From contig NC_087453.1 in assembly GCF_036321535.1 (NCBI RefSeq), forward strand, positions 7,316,001 through 7,380,000: a DNA stretch of 64,000 nt, in the 5' to 3' direction. The DNA comes from Camelus dromedarius. Taxonomy: Eukaryota. The notes under the pieces are model-generated. The model had not been told where the DNA came from. It made no database searches and worked only from the letters and a program-made list of their open reading frames with translations. A program made the position numbers and the translations under genes. Position 1 is the stretch's first letter, and each line of letters opens with the position of its first letter. This document shows positions 48,550-60,279 of this stretch, in pieces.

Positions 48550-51000
48550 TCGCTTATGCTGTTCCCTCTGCCTGAAATACCTTTCCTGCCTTTACCTGGC
48601 TGATGCCAAGTCAACCTCAGAACTTTAAGGTTCAGGACAGTCTACACAGAGAGAATCTGGCTTCCTCTCAGGACACTCCCTTACCCTCTGAATTACCATA
48701 GCTGCGATCTCCTTTCTGTCTTCCAAATGAGCCACGTTTCCTTATGCCTCAGAGCCTTTGTATGTGTTGTTCCCTCTGCCTGGGACTGACAATTCTTATG
48801 CACGCATCAGAGCTGGGCTTAAACGCATTTCCTCAAAGGGCCCCTCTGACAACACCCACCGCGTGCACACTGTTCTCCCAGACCAGGACAGGTCCCGTAA
48901 TTAAATGGTTGTTTGCAGAACAAACTTAAGGTCTGTCCCGTCACTGACCCATAAGCACCATGAGGTCAGGGCTTCCCCCCTCCTGTTCACCATGGATCCC
49001 AGCACCATATTCTAGGCACTTACTTATTCTTTAGGGGCATGAACACTCAATTGCCCAAATCTCACGTCCATCAGTAAAGCTGACCCCACACCAAATAACT
49101 GCTCCTTCTGCCCTAATTCTCTACTCAGACGGTCACCCTTCTCTTAGCATGTCTACTGTGGGCCATGCCCCAGTGCTGTCGACCGCCCTGTACGGTCAGG
49201 CCAGGCCTGGAGTCCTCTTGTACACAGCTCCCAGTGGCACCCACTGCACTGGGTTGATAGGAGCTCCAAGCCTTTATCCCAGTCTGCCAACCTAGACTGC
49301 GGGCAAGTCGCTTACTCTCTCTGCTTCATATTCCTCACCCGTGAAAGGGGGTTATAATGGTACGTAATACTATTAGGTGATAGAATTAGGTGCCTGATAT
49401 GATTGGGTTATTGTGAGGACTCTGCAATAAGCCACATAGAGGACCTGGGACAGAGTCACTTGGGCTCAATAAACAGCTGTTTTATTAATGGAGAGATGAA
49501 TGAGCAGGTGGTGGGTGCATGGTGCGATGTGTGGGATGCCCTGTCTCGGCCTGACTCAGCTGCTCCTGATTTCTCCTGTGTCTTTGCCACAAAACAAGCG
49601 GACTCTTGCTTTTTCCCTTCTTTTACACCATTTATTTTGGTTTACTGGGGCTGACTCCCCCGAACTTTGGGCTTCCATGTCCCACTAGAAGCAGTCCCCA
49701 GACCTGCCTGTGGACCACAGTCCCCAGGGAGCTTGTTAAAGACACTGGTACCTGGGCTGTATCTCTGAATCTGAGTCACTGAGGCTTGGGTTGAGGCATC
49801 TGCATTTTTAACAAACTCCCAGAGAGGAGAGGGTGTAGCTCAGTGGTAGAGCACATGCTTAGCATGCACGAGGTCCTGGGTTCAATCCCTGGTACCTCCT
49901 CTGAAAAATACATAAGTCAAATTAACTACCTCCCTCCTCCCAAAATAAAAATAAAAGATGAATAAGAGGCTTTTAAAAAGCAAACAAACTAAAAAAACTC
50001 CTGGGAGATTGCGTGTCTCAACTCAGTTGGAGAGTCACTCTCTGCCCAAGGCCACAGTTCGACCCCCGACCCTGGCAGATCCCACCCAGACATGATCCAG
50101 GGGTGTTGGTCCCTCTTCGGCACTTGATATAACCAACCCTTTTCCTTGCTCAGCTCGTATGTATGTAAAGTAAAATTTCGACCCAGTATATAAAGTAAAA
50201 TTTATTCTCTGCTTGCTAGCTTCATAAGCTGCCTGTTGTTTGGCATTTAAAAACTTTCCTGTAGAAGCAGTGGGATTAGCTGCTGATACTGGTGAAAAGA
50301 ATTAGCACATCCTACATGCATTTTCTAAGTTTATGACTTAAAATCACGGGCTTTGGAATCAGGCCCCTGAGTGTGAGTCTTGGCTGCGTAGGGCCTTAGG
50401 AGCTATGTGACCAGTGCAAGTTAAAGAGCTCTTGGTGTCCCATTTTTAAAGTGGGGGCAAAAATAAATAGAAAGGCCACTTAGTTTGGTAGTGACAAGTC
50501 CGGGGTCCTGAGCCAGCCTGCCTGGGTTCGAATCCCGGCTGCAGCACTTGCTAACCAGGTAACCTTGGGCACGTGACTTAGGGTCTCAGTATCTCGGTTT
50601 CCCCAACTGAGAAATGGGTGGGGGTGATGGCGGTACCGACCTCACAGGGTCCTAGCCAGGCTTCAGTGGGCTTCTGCACAGAAGACACTTAGAGCCATCA
50701 GGGTTAGCTCTCATTGCTTACCGAATCAGGGGACGGTGAAAATTAAACAGCACACAGAAATTTTTGCAAAGGGCTTGGCTCATGGCAGGCCGACAGCCGA
50801 TGTTAGTTGAATTATCCCTGGACCCAGAATGATCTTTCCCACCTCTTCTGGTTGATTTCTACTCTTAGGTCCCAGATTAAATCTCACCTCCACCTAGAAG
50901 CTGGCCATGATTTCTCCCTGTCTCCCACCCCCACCAAGGTTAGATTTTTCACTGCTTCCCCACCGAGCACTTATCACAGTTGCAGTTAACTTGTTATTTG
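48550..51000. mobile_element. Interspersed L2 and MIR fragments plus a MER5 (about 49690-50040) split by the SINE
   Basis: cttatgctgttccctctgcctgaaa (L2), ctcaataaacagctg (MIR), cctgggttcgaatcccggctgcagcacttgc (MIR), gagcttgttaaagacact...ttttaacaaactccc (MER5). Confidence 0.65.
49825..49995 (+). mobile_element. tRNA-Ala(AGC)-derived SINE, camelid Vic-1 type
   Basis: tRNA-like head 49829-49900 (GAGGGTGTAGCTCAGTGGTAGAGCACATGCTTAGCATGCACGAGGTCCTGGGTTCAATCCCTGGTACCTCC) with intact A and B boxes, tail aattaactacctccc plus A-rich, degenerate TSD aaactcccag / aaactcctgg. Confidence 0.85.
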
Positions 51001-52504
51001 GTATCAAGCAGTCTTTAGTTAGCCAGAGAAGTGAATTCAGATGCTCCCGGGATTCAAGCGGTGGCAGCGAAGGCAGCAACAGATCTGCTGTGATGGAGAG
51101 TGGGCGGGCCTGTGGACCACCGGCAGAGGGAGAGGAAAGCACCCTCCAACAGGCAGGAAGCATCGTCAGCTGGGCCCCAGTGGTGCTGGGGGCTGGCTGG
51201 CTCTCCCAGGCAGGCCATGCTGTTCCCCTGTGGAATATCAGGGTTTCACAGAACTTCAGCGGGAGACAGGGCCACGCTCTGACCATGGGGAGCAGGACAC
51301 AAACAAAGCCCCTCCGTTATCATCTCTGAGCCACAGAATACCAGGCATGCCCTCCTCCCCCGCTAACCCGAGGGACGCTGCTGCTTTAGCTGGTGCGGCT
51401 CTAGCCTCTGCTGCCCGGTAACATTCACTAAGATACAAATCCTCCGCTTGTCCGTGCTTCCTGACAGCCTCCACTGTGGCCTTGAACCCTCCCTCCAGAA
51501 CCATCTAACATGAACCCCAAACCTATAATACATGAAGCCCTTTCTAGCACCTTCTTCCAGAGACCCTCCACGGCTCCTGTGGTGGGAGTTTTCCCTCAAC
51601 GGCAGGCGTGTCTCTGGTGGTCTTTGGCCAGAGTCATCAGGAGAAGGAAGACCTCGCCCACCTAAATGATCTTGAAAACCTTTTTAAAAAAAAAAAGTTG
51701 AGCCTGTGATCTCCAAAGTAGTGGCTTAATTTCTAGTTCACTAGACTGTGAATCTCCCCCATGCAGGAGCTAATCAGTCTTACATTCCTGCCCTCCAGCA
51801 CCAGGCCTGGCACATCCGGGGCCCTCAGCAAGTCAGTTACTGAATGAGCCCAGGAAAGGACGGCTGTAAGGATTACATTTGTTAAGGTGCCCGAAGTTCC
51901 TGGCCTGGCATCTGCCCTGCCGTAAGGGCCGGGGGAGGGCAGCTCTGGGACTGTTCTGTGCCACATGCTAGAGCTGAGATAACGGACCGGAGAGGAAACC
52001 CCAAGCCCGCACGCGGAGGGGAGGAGAATTTAGCTGTAACACATACAAGCCCAGCCATCTGTGACAAGAACAGCCTTGTGCAAAAAGTCAATAGAGTAGA
52101 TTGGTCCCTACGGGGAAAGCCTGGAGGGAAAAGTTATGAGTGAGAACGAATGTATGAGAGGCCTGGAAAAACTCCCTGGCATTTGGGAGGAAGATGGTGG
52201 GAAGGGGGCACTGCCTACTTGATCTGCAGGTAGGGAAGCTCAGTGACACAGGGAGAATGTAGGAAGCCATGCTTTAGCTCTGGCCTTTGTTCTGAAGGAG
52301 CTGGGGAGCCATTGAAGGTTGTTGAGTGTGTGAGTAATTTAGTAAGACAGACTATGTACTAATTTGCCAGGAGGATCTGGCAATAATAAGAAGAATAGCA
52401 ACTAATTGGTAGGAAGTGTTTATTATGTGCCACGCACGTTTCTAAGTCCTCTATGTGAAGTAGTTTTTCACTACTTAAATTGTTGTGAATTTAAATTTAC
52501 AATT

Positions 52505-52620
52505 TAAAAAAAGAATATGAGATGGAATATATATATATGTACATATGTATAACTGAATCACTATGCTGTTCACCAGAAATTAGCACAACAGTGTAAACCG
52601 GCTATACTTCAAAAAAAATG
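52505..52620 (+). mobile_element. Cetartiodactyl L1 3' end inserted in a MIR (about 52380-52800)
   Basis: gtataactgaatcactatgctgttcaccagaaattagcacaacagtgtaaaccggctatacttcaaaaaaaa. Confidence 0.85.
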
Positions 52621-52829
52621 ATAAATTTTATATTTAATTAAAATTTTAAAACATAAATTAGGTATTCAGAATTATTGTCCCCATTTTACTAAGAATGAGC
52701 TAAATCACAAAGGCGTTGAATAACTTGACCAAGGTGACAGCGCCGTGAAGTGGCAGGACTGGGTGGGCCTCAGAGCCAGGCTGCCTGGCTGCAGCGTCTG
52801 TAACTTGGCCACACCACATCACCCCTTAG

Positions 52830-53530
52830 TAAAGTCCTCGTTGTGGTGTTTCTCAAAAGAACCACCTGGAGCTTTGGTGAAAAACGCAGAGGCCCGGTGC
52901 CCTCCCCTGAGGATACCATCTGGGTGGGTCTGAGCAGGGTCCTGGGAATCAGGACCAGCCAGTGATTGACGGCTTGGGTCAGTTCAGATGCTTTCAGTTG
53001 CTCTTAGCAACACTAAACTACAAGCGGGCTGGACTGTGAGATGTTGCTTCTCTCAGGATGAGAACGGGCAGGGTAGACCCAGGTCTTTTCATCTTCTCGC
53101 TGTCCTCGGCGATTGTCCTCATGGCTACTGCTTTAACCTCAAGTCTTCTCAGCCCTGCCCAGGGATGGGGAAAGAGGAAGCTTCCCTTTATCAGAGAGGA
53201 AATGCTTCCCCAGAATCTCCAGATCCCATCAGCCAAGATGGGTAACATGCCCAGTTCCTGTGCCCAGTTCCCCTGTCTTGGAGGCAGCAAGGGACAAGGA
53301 AGAGGGTCTTGGCAGTGGAATCCAATCCCAAGGCCCCTCTGGAGAGCCACACTCTTGCCACTGCCCTGTTAGAATAGTCTAGAGCAGGCATTCTCAATGC
53401 TGGTATGCAAAAAAAATTACCTGGAAAACTTGTTTTTTTTAAAAAAAAATACAGCTATAAATATACCCAGACTATACCCAGATCTCTGCATCAGAATCTC
53501 TGGTACATGATCGATTTTGAGAACCACTGG
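52830..53530. mobile_element. MER5 / MLT1 (minus) / MER5 cluster
   Basis: cacctggagctttggtgaaaaacgcag; cagatgctttcagttgctcttagcaac...agccaagatgggtaacatgccc; caggcattctc...ttttgagaaccactg. Confidence 0.6.
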
Positions 53531-53609
53531 ACCAGGAGGAAGGCAAGAAAGGATGGAAATCTATCGGTGGCAGTATGTCTGGCACATAGGTGCTTGTTTC
53601 TCAGAAAGA

Positions 53610-53900
53610 AAGTCCGCGCAAAACTACAAGGGCTTAGCCCCAGTTCCTAGTTCCAGGGTAAGCGGGTCTGACTGGCCCAGCTTCTGTGCAGGTGTCTGCC
53701 CTGGACCAATCAACTGCAGCAGAGAGAAGGGGCGGGGTCAGGAATTCCAACGGGGCAGCAGGCTCCTCCCGCGGGACAGCGGACAGTTGGGCTGATGTGC
53801 CTGGGAAGGTGTGTTCCACACGCGGGAAAAGCCTGAGACGATTTTTCCTTAGAGAGGTGGCTTTTCTCTCAGGAGGCGAATCCTGAGTTTACATTTGAAT
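53610..53900 (+). promoter_or_regulatory. Promoter-like motif module in ZFP64 intron 2
   Basis: GGACCAATCA 53703-53712, GGGGCGGGGT 53729-53738, GCGGGAAA 53822-53829, TCCCGCGGGA 53767-53776, CCGCGCAAAA 53614-53623; locally CpG-enriched, non-repeat. Confidence 0.45.
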
Positions 53901-53959
53901 CAAGACCCCTACATGTGACTCACAGGCGTGGACAATATTGGAAGGAACAGGAAGAAACC

Positions 53960-55150
53960 AGCAGTAGATACGAATATATGACAATGAAAGAATATCCTTA
54001 ATTTATAAAGGCCATTTACAGGTGAATGAGAAAAAAGTAAAAACTCAAAAAAAAAAAAAAACTAATAGCTTGAACAGGCAGTTCACGAAGCAGGTATGCA
54101 AGTAGATAAAATATGGCAAAAAGGGGTTCATCTTCACCAGTTATGAAAGAATTAAACGAAAATGACCTCATTTTGTCCTGTCAAATAGTCTGTGTGGTAG
54201 CCAAGGTGAAGGGGAGAATGTACATTGATTTAGATTTTCTGGAAGGATCATATAACTATGAATCACCAAGCAATAAAGTGACCAATCCATGTTGACCCAG
54301 TTTTTCAGCTTATAGGAAGGTATCCAGAGAAACCAGAGCTAAGTTACATTTTTGGATAGGTGTTATTTATAGAGGCAAACACCTAGAAACCAACTCAGTG
54401 TCCACAAAAGGGGAACGGCTGATTTAACTATGACAGCCAAAATAGTGGTATATTATATAGTCTTAAATTATGTTCTGGGTGAATAATAACATGGCAAAAA
54501 GGCTTTCACATGGCAGAATTGTTTAGTAAAACTGTGTAATTGTTTAATAGAAAAAAAAGAAAAGAATACAAAATGACTTAAGCCATGATCCCAGTTTTAT
54601 ACTTTAAAAATATATATAAAAAGAATGCATTAGCATTTAGCTCATCATTAATTCAACCAGTTTTCTTTGAGCCCCTGCGCTTTGCCAGGTTTTGTGTGTG
54701 AGATGCTGGGAGACAGTGATGGAGAGAAACAGGTGTTGTCCTCACCTGCTCATCCAACCAAATGGAGGAGAGGACGGTCATTACTTTCCCAAAGAACCAT
54801 TTAATCACAGTAGAGACTGAGCGCTGTGGAGAAAAAGTACAGCATTTAATGAGGATGTCATGCAAGGGGGTATATTGTCCTGTGAGGACAGCATTGGGTG
54901 GGGTTTTTTTTTTCTATACTTGCTAGATTTTCTGCAATTGGTGTTTACTTTGGTTTTGCAAAAATAATACATTTTTAATTTAAAAACTGCGTGGAAGAAG
55001 TGAAAAGGATAAAAAAAAATCGAGGTTTTTAATTGAAGAAGAGAAGGGAGAAACAAAGTGGATTGGGAGATGTGAAAGCTACTTGAAGAGCAGTTTTGGG
55101 AAAGGAGCTACAGTTTGCCCATGCAAGCTCAAGGGGTCTAAGACACCAAT
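53960..55150. mobile_element. L1ME (+, about 53960-54620) then L2 (-, about 54650-55150)
   Basis: gaacaggcagttcacgaag...cacctagaaaccaactcagtgtcc; ctcatcattaattcaaccag...caggtgttgtcctcacctgctc. Confidence 0.65.
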
Positions 55151-55952
55151 GGGTCCTAACCTCAGGGAGAAAGATTTTGGTTCCCTATGAAATTCATGGG
55201 ACAGTCTTGCTTTTTAAGCAACATCATGAATAACTAAACGCCCAAAGCGCCCCCACTGCGGCTGGGACTGCACATAACAAACGCATCTCAGATGCACCCC
55301 CCGGGCGCACGGAGAGCCGGGGAGGGCCCTGCGGGCAGAAACCCAGGGGAAAGCAGGGGTGAGGCTGTGCGCTGCTGGGAGTCAGAGGACTGGGGGCTGA
55401 TCTCACTAAGTCTGGACTAGATTGTAACAGCCACGCCCAAGGAGGAGATGAGGCCCTGAGCCCACGCAGAAAGTTAGAAATGAGACCCCCACCCCACCCC
55501 ATGTGCCCAGAAAGTGGTGTCCCTTGCTACACTCTCAGTGAAAAGAGGGGCTTCAGAACATTCTGCCCTGGGAACAAGTCACGCCTCTGCTCTGCGCACC
55601 TCCCCCCTCAGCAGACCTGGGTGCGTGGGGTTGTGCGTGCTGCCTTCGCTTCTGCTGGGCATGCAGATCCCCCAAGGCCACTGCCACCGTTTCTGCCAAA
55701 TCTGAAGGCAGACAAGTGACTCCATCTCTCCTAGTATGATACGACAGCTCTGTGCTCTGATAACTTTCCAGCGTGGTGGTGTGCCCAGCTTGGTGTGTCT
55801 TAGCCTGTGCGTAGTGTGACTGGAACAATGAGGTCTAAGTGCTGAGGTCTCGGCTAACGTCCATCCCCATTTTCCTGGTGAAAGAACTGAACCGCAGACG
55901 AGGGACTTGGTCCAGGCCCCATAGACAGATGTGGGTCCCGGGTCTGTCTGAC

Positions 55953-55983
<31 letters not shown>

Positions 55984-56125
55984 GAAATTAACATCTTCAA
56001 CATCAAATCACACGGTAACACTGGAAAGGACTGAGGCCACACAGACACACAGACACACACACATACACCTTGAAATTAACAGCGACTTCAACATCAAATC
56101 ACGCTAACACTGGAAAGGACTGAGG
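55953..56125 (+). repeat. Two-copy tandem duplication, unit = (CA)-rich tract + about 57-bp core
   Basis: ccttgaaattaaca(tc/gcgac)ttcaacatcaaatcac(acgg/gc)taacactggaaaggactgagg occurs at about 55980-56036 and 56068-56125. Confidence 0.95.
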
Positions 56126-56867
56126 TGGCCCCTGAGATCAAAGCCCCTGAAGGTATCTGCAGGTCCTGCTGTTTACAGGGGGTCCTGGAAAGGGGCCGAG
56201 TGTGGGGGAGGGATGGGAGGAAGTGACCTGGATAAAGCCAGCCAGAGGGCCTCACCACTGGGGTACTAGATGCCCCAGTGCCCTTTGTTGGCTGTGGAAT
56301 TCCCGACACCTGTTCAGAGTTATGTGCTTCCACGTTCCAGACTGAAATGTCATCTTCTCACTGACCGCTTTGCAGATCACCCTGCTTGCACTTGCATGCC
56401 CCAGCAGCCCTGCACCCTTTCCCTGCTTTATCTCCCTCCATAGCGTTTGGCTATAGAGATTTAAATTATTTATTGCCTGCACCACTGCCAACTTGAGGGT
56501 CAGCTCCATGAAGGCAGGGACTTTTGTCCCTTTGGCTCCCTGATGTTTCTATTACCTAGAACAGTGCCTGGCACATGGTAGGTGCCGAATCAACCGATGG
56601 ACAGTGACAGCATGTTTCCCATGCCTGATCCTTAATCCTGACAACAGCCCTAGGAGACAGGAATGGAAATTGTCCCCATTCTCCAGGTGAGGAAACTGAG
56701 GCTCAGGAGATAAGACTTAATAGCCCAAGCTCTTGAGCAGACCCCTTCCGGTCTAGGAGCCATCTACTTGGGGTGACACACTGTGTGTGATTAGCCCCAC
56801 CCCCAGATGATTCCTGCAGTTGGGTGCCTGACTCCCTGTGCTTCTGCCACCTCCCGGAGTCGCCAGA

Positions 56868-57000
56868 AGCACAGGAAAAAATAGACAAATGGGACCACAT
56901 CACACTTCTGTGCATCTAAGGAAGCAACCAACAGAATGTGAAGGCAACCTACAGAAGGGCAGAAATGTGTGTCTGAGCAGAGGTTCATATCTGGAATACT
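56868..57000 (+). mobile_element. L1 ORF2 fragment
   Basis: aaaatagacaaatgggaccacatc...aacagaatgtgaaggcaacctacagaa corresponds to the ORF2 KIDKWD...RQPTEW region. Confidence 0.8.
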
Positions 57001-57287
57001 TCCATGTTTCCCCTCTACCGTCACTCCGCACGAAAAGGATGCTAAGGTTTAAGGTGGAGGGGCAGGTGGACAGTTAGGAGACAGAGCCCCACCCATCTCC
57101 CGGGGAGGCGGGCAGGAAGTCCTGGGCTCAGGAGCATTCACCTACCTGCCAGGAGGGTTATGAGGACTCCACAGTGGAACCGTCGGGGGGGGATCTGGCC
57201 ACTCTCACAACCCCTCCCCACCCCAGCGCCTTCCAGCCTTCTTTTTGTTCAAAAAGTGGTAGAGCAGGAAGTTGGGAAGTCGTGATA

Positions 57288-57380
57288 GTGTGACCAGCCA
57301 TCCTAGTTGTAGCATGGAAAGTCCTGTGTCCTGAGTGACCCCTCAGTCCCAGGCAAGCAGAGGCAGTTGGCCCCCGCTAG
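57288..57380 (+). mobile_element. MER81-like hAT MITE
   Basis: gtgtgaccagccatcc...gaaagtcctgtgtcctgagtgacccctcagtcccaggcaagcagaggcagttgg. Confidence 0.7.
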
Positions 57381-57602
57381 ATCCTGACCATTCCTGTTGA
57401 GAGTTTGGTGCCCAGTTCTGGTCCTCTGTAGCGGCTGACGTTTATTAAGACTTAGCTGTGGCTACTGATTCTCTCAGTAAACTTTTCAGCACCCTTATGA
57501 AGGGGACACCAGGATTATCCCCACTCACAGGCAAGGAAACTGAGGCTCAGAGAAGTTGCATAACTGGCCTGAGGTCCCACACATAGGCAGCGAATGAACC
57601 TG

Positions 57603-58700
57603 GACTCATCAATTCAAAGATATATTGTATCGTATCTGAAATGGTGGTGCACCTTTGAAGCAATGAGAGCACACTGTCAGCCAACAGGCAGTCATAAAAA
57701 AAATTGTCTTTGAGCACTTGTGAAGACTTGATCGTCGCTGGTCACTTTGTCACTTCGGTAGAGCTGTGCATTTTTTTTAGAACTGTGTGTATTGAGTTTA
57801 ATTGCTGTTTGAAACACGTTTTGAGATACTGCAGGATGATTCAGGCTGAAGATGAAAAGTAACTGGATGCCCAGAAATACCTGGTAACAGTAGCAGGGGA
57901 TCAATTTGATGTTAATGAAACAAATGTTTGTTGTTGGAGGAACAACTGCAGTTCTTGTAAAGCAACAATGGAGAAAGACAGAGCCCCTCAACTAGACAAA
58001 GCTGGGTTAAGATGTGCTGCTGAGATGCGCGGAAAAGCCTCATCTACACCATTCGTTCTCAGACTTGAGTGTGTGTCAGGATCATGTGGGCAGCCTGTTA
58101 GAACAGATTGCTGGGTCCACGCAAGAGTTTCTGATACAGTAGCTGGGGTGGGGCCCGAGACTCTGCCTCCGTGGCAAGCTCTAGTGCTGCTGGCTGGGGA
58201 CCACTCTTTAAGAGCCAAGCAGAGCAGAGGAAGCAGGAGCAATAAACATCTCAACAAGGGGCAGGTGTGGTTGATTAATGCATTGGAGAGATGTGGCGTG
58301 AAGATGGAACTTGTCAGAATCTTTTGGCCAGCTTTAAACAGAAGCTACTTAACTTCCCCCTTCATGTTTCAATTGAGAAAAATGGAAACCATGAGTTTGC
58401 TCAAATACCAAATGCTGATAGAACCCAGGTGTTCATTGACGCACACTGGAGTGATGTCATTGCCAGAGGTACCCAAGAGGTACAGGTCAGGAAGTTGGAT
58501 TTCCTGTCAATGTTCAGTGGAGTCTAAAAGAATTCATTCAATCAATACAACATTTCTAAGGAATATCAGTATGTGCATAAAATACCCAAAGAGTATGAAA
58601 GCATTTTATTATAATGTGTCAAAGCGGTGGCTTTTTAAAAGTTGCTGTATGTAAAATAATGCTGCATCTAGCAGTCTATAACATCTTAGATTCAAAGAAA
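57603..58700 (+). mobile_element. Kanga-like TcMar-Tc2 (pogo-related) DNA transposon with transposase relic; MER5A inserted at about 58085-58225
   Basis: Termini ctcatcaattcaaagat and catcttagattcaaagaaa. Relic peptides AGDQFDVNETNVCCWR (Brinker-like HTH), PQLDKAGLRCAAEMRGK (CENP-B-type HTH) and CQNLLASFKQKLLNF...NADRTQVFID (cf. NADETPVFFD, first DDE aspartate). Confidence 0.8.
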
Positions 58701-59419
58701 GATGAAGTTTGTTTTAAGAGAAAATATGACTAGCACCTGTGGAATGAGTTTTACCGCTTCAGGCAAAGCCAGAATAGAGAGGGACGCCAGGCACGTGGTG
58801 ATTTAGGTAAGTATGCTCTGTGAATACAGTGGCAGAAATGGCGAAGGTGGTACCTCAGTGACTGACGTTTGGGAAACAGAATGTGACAGTGGCTCTCAAA
58901 GTCATCATTAGGGTGTCTCGGCCGGACAAGTTCACCCAATGAACAGTCCCCATGGTTACATTTACTTCTATTTGAACCCAAGTCTCCATGTGACGATTAC
59001 ATGTAATAAAGGAAGAAAGAAAATACATATTCCCAAGCCCCAGACCGTAAGTTTAATTAACAAAATAGTAAAAAAACTATTTTATAAGTAGGAAAAAAAA
59101 AGAAATGTGAGACTGCGTATTTCACCTGTTATAATGACAAAGTTAAAGACAAAGGTGATAAACATGTTTGATCTCCTTTTCATTCTTTTTTCCTCAAACT
59201 TTCAGTGAGAGGACAAGAATTTTTTTATTAAATGAGTACTTGTGTTTAGAGTGTATTTGTAGTTTTGCCTGAAATTCCTTCAGTCAGCTCCTTTCCAGTG
59301 TCTGTTAGGATTTTGTGATAAAGCTTATGAAAGTGCCTAATGCTTTTGGCTGAAGTGAACAGAAAACCTCCCTGGTGTAAATGATAGGAACATTTCTTAT
59401 TTGTTTAATAAGTCTCGTT

Positions 59420-59790
59420 TTGAATTATTTTTAGGGCTGTGGCTCAACATCTGATTTTCTTGCTCTCTCTTTATGGTTACAGAATGGCTGCCACAGAACC
59501 AGATGCACATCCTTATTCCAGTACGTCCAAAGTTAGAAAGTAGGGCAATCAGGGCAGCAAGAATGAGCTTTCCTCGGCTGCCTCTCTTTCTGCCCCTACC
59601 TTTTTTTTTTTAAATCAGGGAGAAAATCTTTTCTGGAACCCCACCCCAACATATTCTCTAGTGTCTCATTGGTTAGGATGGGTTCACATGATCACTCCTA
59701 AGCAGCAAAGGAGGCTGGGAAAGAAATCTAAGATGTTTATTTCTCTACAAAGGAAGGTAGGCAAAGGGAAGAGCTATTGGTATTCATACT
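59420..59790 (-). mobile_element. MLT1 LTR ending just upstream of exon 3
   Basis: atggttacagaatggctgccacag...tctcattggttaggatgggttcacatg...gcagcaaaggaggctgggaaa. Confidence 0.7.
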
Positions 59791-59820
59791 ATGAAAATTA
59801 ATAATCATCCTCTCTTTTAG

Positions 59821-59982
59821 TTTCAGCTCCAGAATTTGTTTTTGAACATGGCTATCAAACGTATCTGCCCACAGAAAGCAATGAAAACCAGACAGCCACT
59901 GTCATCTCTCTCCCTGCCAAGTCACGTGCCAAAAAGCCCACGGTCCCACCTGCTCAGAAGAGGCTTAACTGTTGCTATCCAG
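59821..59982 (+). CDS. ZFP64: Zinc finger protein 64, exon 3 (162 nt, phase 1-1)
   Basis: (V)SAPEFVFEHGYQTYLPTESNENQTATVISLPAKSRAKKPTVPPAQKRLNCCYP. Acceptor tctcttttag, donor GTAAAG at 59983. Confidence 0.97.
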
Positions 59983-60279
59983 GTAAAGGCAGCATCATGT
60001 CCCACCCACGTAGAGAATGTGACATCTAACAGGTCCAGGGCTCGAACTCGTGAACTCCTGACAATGGGACATGGAAGCTCCAGGCTGCCTGGTGTAAACG
60101 TCAACCCCACAGCTCTTCCATCATCACACATGACCCGTCTCTCACTGTCTCTGGTCACCATGCACATGGGCTCTTATTTAGACTTTTATAGCTGTGGGAC
60201 TTTGAATGGGACTAGTGAGCATTTCAGATTACTGTGAGTTTTTCTTTCTGTGCAATAGCTTAGGAAGAAACCAGAAAAA

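Noticed and set aside
49829-49900. Functional tRNA-Ala(AGC) gene
   Set aside because: Acceptor-stem mismatch, wrong discriminator, SINE tail and TSD, and insertion into a MER5 indicate a tRNA-derived SINE.
55953-56125. CRISPR-like repeat-spacer pattern
   Set aside because: Only two copies, the spacers are CA microsatellite, and the context is mammalian.
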